From assembly GCF_009914755.1 (NCBI RefSeq), contig NC_060947.1: a stretch of 64,000 nt of DNA; one strand, given 5' to 3'. The notes beneath the pieces are model-generated. The model worked only from the letters and a program-made list of their open reading frames with translations, ran no database searches and was not told where the DNA came from. Origin of the DNA: the human T2T-CHM13v2.0 reference genome, Homo sapiens. Of this stretch, positions 60,247 through 64,000 are shown piece after piece. How positions within the stretch are numbered: the first letter of the stretch is position 1; each line of letters begins with the position of its first letter. The position numbers and the translations under genes are program-made.

Positions 60247-60766
60247 AATAATGCATTTATGCATTACATGTAGGAACAATATTTAAAATAACGAACCCAT
60301 TCTTCTCGCTTCCTCCAAACACCCCTTCTGGCCACAGTGATAAGTTCAGGAATATGATCTCAGCCCTGGCCTAAGTCATTCAGCAACTAAAAGTCACTTG
60401 GCCACAGTGATTGATTCAGGAGTGGACGTATGACATAAACTGGTCCAATTTTAGCACTTTTATTGGAAATGCTGGGTGGGACACAGACTCTCTCTTCTGG
60501 CCATGAAGAAGGAAACATGTACTTGGGATCTGCTAACAACTATTTTAGGACCACGAGGGGATAACCTGCCTGAGAATGGGGCCAACACTAAGGAAACACT
60601 GACATACCAAGCCTTGTCTGAAGTCAGCCCTGCCTCTGGTCTTGTCAGTCACATGAGCCATTCAAGTTCCTATTTTCTTTAAACCAGTTTGAGTTTTTCT
60701 GTTACTTGCAATTGGAAGTATGTTGACTGACACAATAATCCTTCACCAATCTCAGTTATCAGGGCC

Positions 60767-61260
60767 TGTGACAGATCCTATGAACTGACTCACTCAATAC
60801 CCTTTCCAATCCCCTTATTGCATGCCTTCCTGTATTTCAGAGTCTGGAAAGCTGAAAACTCTATTTCTCACAATTCCTTGCAGCTGGGATTCTGGATGTG
60901 ACTTAAGTTCTACTAATCAGAACTAGCTCAAGACTTGAATTTGGATATGAGTTAAGCAGAGAGAAACAATACTCAAGGCCAAACATTTACTGGTGCAGAT
61001 CATAGCAAAGATTGTGCAGTCTGGGAATCAGCTGCTATTGATGGTGGCTTTCCAGCTTCCTGATCATAGCAGGAGTAGCAGCTACCTAAGGTAGTTCAGT
61101 TCTGTGGTATGGATTTGGAAGCACTCCTGGAAGCTCTACCTAGATCCTTTTTCTTCATCCCTACCCACGATTCTGTAAGCCAGTTAAATACTATAAATTA
61201 CTTTCTGCTGACATTAGCTAGAAAAGATTCTGCTCTTTGAAAATAAACCCAGATCATACA
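60767..61260 (+). mobile_element. ERVL LTR33-like LTR
   Basis: tgtgacag...tccttgcagctgggattctggatgtgac...cataca. Confidence 0.6.
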
Positions 61261-61314
61261 GTATTCTTTGAGCCTTTGACACTACTACACTCAGGGCTGT
61301 GGGAGCCAGTCAAA

Positions 61315-61597
<283 letters not shown>

Positions 61598-62893
61598 AGA
61601 GCCAGTCTATGTAGCAAAAATAAACCAGAGCTAAATAAAAGCATACTCGTTTCTAGACATTTGCAATTATCTCTATCCTCACCACTTAAAACTAGGATTT
61701 TTAAAAATGTCCTGTCTATACAAGTCCTAAGCTGGTCTGGTGACCCAAGAATAGCCTCTGTACAGTTCTAGTGTCACCCTGCTTTTGCTTGTACTTTTCC
61801 CTCAACCTCTACCTTCAATGGTATAACAGGCTTTTCTGTGGAAGGTCATCCATTATTATTACCAGCAAAGAGAATTATGGCGGTAAGAGGACCCAGTAAG
61901 ATGCCTCTGGAATGCGAATGTTCCCAGGCATTGTCCAGACTCTCAAATTTCAGCTATGTTTAACTAGAAAAGATGATGCCAAACAACAATTATCAGGAAC
62001 AATCAAATGCAGACAGTTTAGTAAATAACTCGCCTAGACCAATTTTCCCTGCCAGAAATTCAGCATTTGATTATGCTTTCAATTTAGATTTTTGCCTCTT
62101 TGTACTCCAGGGGTAGGTCAGGGCATGCAGTGGACAGTCAATAAATACATCCTAAAGAAATGAATTTTGTACCAGCTCTACATTCTAGGATAACAGGTCT
62201 GCTCAGAAAACAAATGGTGTCAGTTGGACCCATTCTGTTGGGCTACCCTAACAGAATACCACAGACTAGGTGGCTTAAACAACAGAAATTTATTTTCTCA
62301 GGATTTAGCCAACATAACCAGGCTTAAAATGCAGTTGTAAGAAGGAAGTCGTGAGGGAGTGCAGACTTTGATAGATAGCCCCAATAAAAGCCCATCATTC
62401 ATTCAACAAATGTTTACCAAGTCCCAACCACAAAGTGCTGATGGTGCAGAAAGGAACAAGGTACAATTTTTCTCACAAAAAGTTGTCTGATGTTGGGAGA
62501 CACACAATAAACATCTAATTCCAATTCATTGTGTTCAGCACTAGGTCACAGTTCAGTGGCAAGGAACCACTAACTCTACCTGGAAGAGTCATAAAAAAGA
62601 AGAGGACACATGGGCCTGGCACCAGAAGGACTGCCAATGTTGCATCTGGTAACTCAATGTGTCATTTACCTAGGGCAGTACTGGGTTGCCTAAATAGTCA
62701 GATGCCTAGGGCATTAGCAAAGCTGGGGTAAAACAAAAATGTAAATCAACTTTACATTATATATAAAACAAGAGAAAATAAGAAGTTGGTTAAATTTTGT
62801 TCCATCTATTTTATGGTGCAATATCATTTTATTCTGAATTACATATGGGGTAGGAAGAGGTGGGCATAACTTTTTCTAAAGTATATGTATTCT

Positions 62894-63030
62894 GGCCAGG
62901 TGTGGTGGCTCATGTCCGTAATTCCAGCCCTTTGGGAGACTGAGGCAGGAGGCTCACTTGAGCCCAGGAGTTACTTGAGCCTGGGCAACATGGTGAGACC
63001 CCATGTCTACAAAAGATTTTTAAAAAATGT
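62894..63030 (+). mobile_element. Alu monomer (FLAM-like)
   Basis: Single Alu arm. Confidence 0.8.
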
Positions 63031-63656
63031 TTAAAAAGTATCCATATTCTGAAAAACAATACACATACACAAAATTGCATAAAGTATAAATGTACAACTA
63101 AAAGTTGTTATAAAGTAAACACTATGTAACCATCACCCAGGCAAGAAATAGAACATTGTCTGCAGCATCCCAGGAGCACCACTGCAGACGGCCAGGTGTC
63201 TTGGTTTGCCTTGGACTGTTCCACTTTTAGCACAGAAAGGCTCAAATCCCAAGGAAACTCCTCCCTGGGATGTGAAAAGTCTCAATTTTCTGTGATGGGT
63301 ACAGAAGATTGGGGGAAAAGCACAAAACCCATATGGTGACCCGCCCCCCCCGCCCAAATAGGGAGTGAAAACAGCAGTTTGTAATGTGAAATGGATATGG
63401 CATAGATTCTCTGCCTTCTGTAGTTGCTGTGGCCATTTTTTTTGCCCCAACTGCTGATATTGACAACCATGATTTGCAGCTCACAATAATGATCATCCAT
63501 TGTTGCATCACGGTGACTGATGCCACTTTAGCATGCAACTTAAGTGCATTGAAATTGTGAGCATTAACAAGCTCGCCTTTGTATTTGCCTGTGGATCAAC
63601 TGTTGTAATTTGTATCAAGGTTGTTTAACCTTTCACATCATGAATATTGTGACCAT

Positions 63657-64000
63657 GTGCATTAGTTTGCTAGGGCTACCATAACAGAATACCACAGACT
63701 AGGTGGCTTAAACAACAGAAATGTATTTTCTCACAGTTCTGGAAGCTGACAATCCAAGACCAAGGTGCCAGCAGGTTTGGTTTTTTCTGAGGCTTCTCTC
63801 CTTGGCTTGCAGATGGCAACCTTCCTTCTGTGTCCTCACAGGTCTTTCCTTTGTGCTTGTGAATCCCTGGTGTCTCTGTGTGTGGAAATTTCCTCTTTGT
63901 ATAAGGACACTGGACAGATTAAATTAGGGCCCACCCTAATAGCCACATTTTAACGTAATCACCTCTTTAAAGGCCCTATTTCCGAATACTGTCACATTCT
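63657..64000 (-). mobile_element. MaLR MLT1A-C-like LTR, running off the window end
   Basis: attagtttgctagggctaccataacagaataccacagactaggtggcttaaacaacag. Confidence 0.8.

Overview
Primate (human-like) genomic DNA, mostly interspersed repeats (Alu, L1, L2, MIR, ERV1/ERVL/MaLR LTRs, hAT). I see no intact protein-coding exon. Most ORF-track entries are Alu, L1 or low-complexity artefacts. The 70-aa ORF at 59811-60023 is the PYY retrocopy PYY3, which from memory places the window on human Xp11 between CLCN5 and AKAP4. The first ~2.9 kb then fits the distal CLCN5 3' UTR with its poly(A) site. The strongest unexpected signal is a decayed, intron-containing TNF-superfamily ligand gene on the minus strand. 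It has a TNF-homology-domain terminal exon (44340-44779) behind an intact splice acceptor and a probable penultimate exon (~45411-45509). It resembles the TRAIL-like (TNFSF10-like/TRAIL2) ligand of birds and fish, so it is a candidate unitary pseudogene. Other notable structures: PYY3 lacks exactly the parental exon encoding Tyr36-Gly-Lys-Arg; a multi-template local rearrangement at 52.7-54.2 kb; an L1 fragment with a 50-bp target duplication; two twin-priming L1 inversions; and two local duplications. Repeat family names were assigned by eye and boundaries are approximate unless a TSD is quoted.
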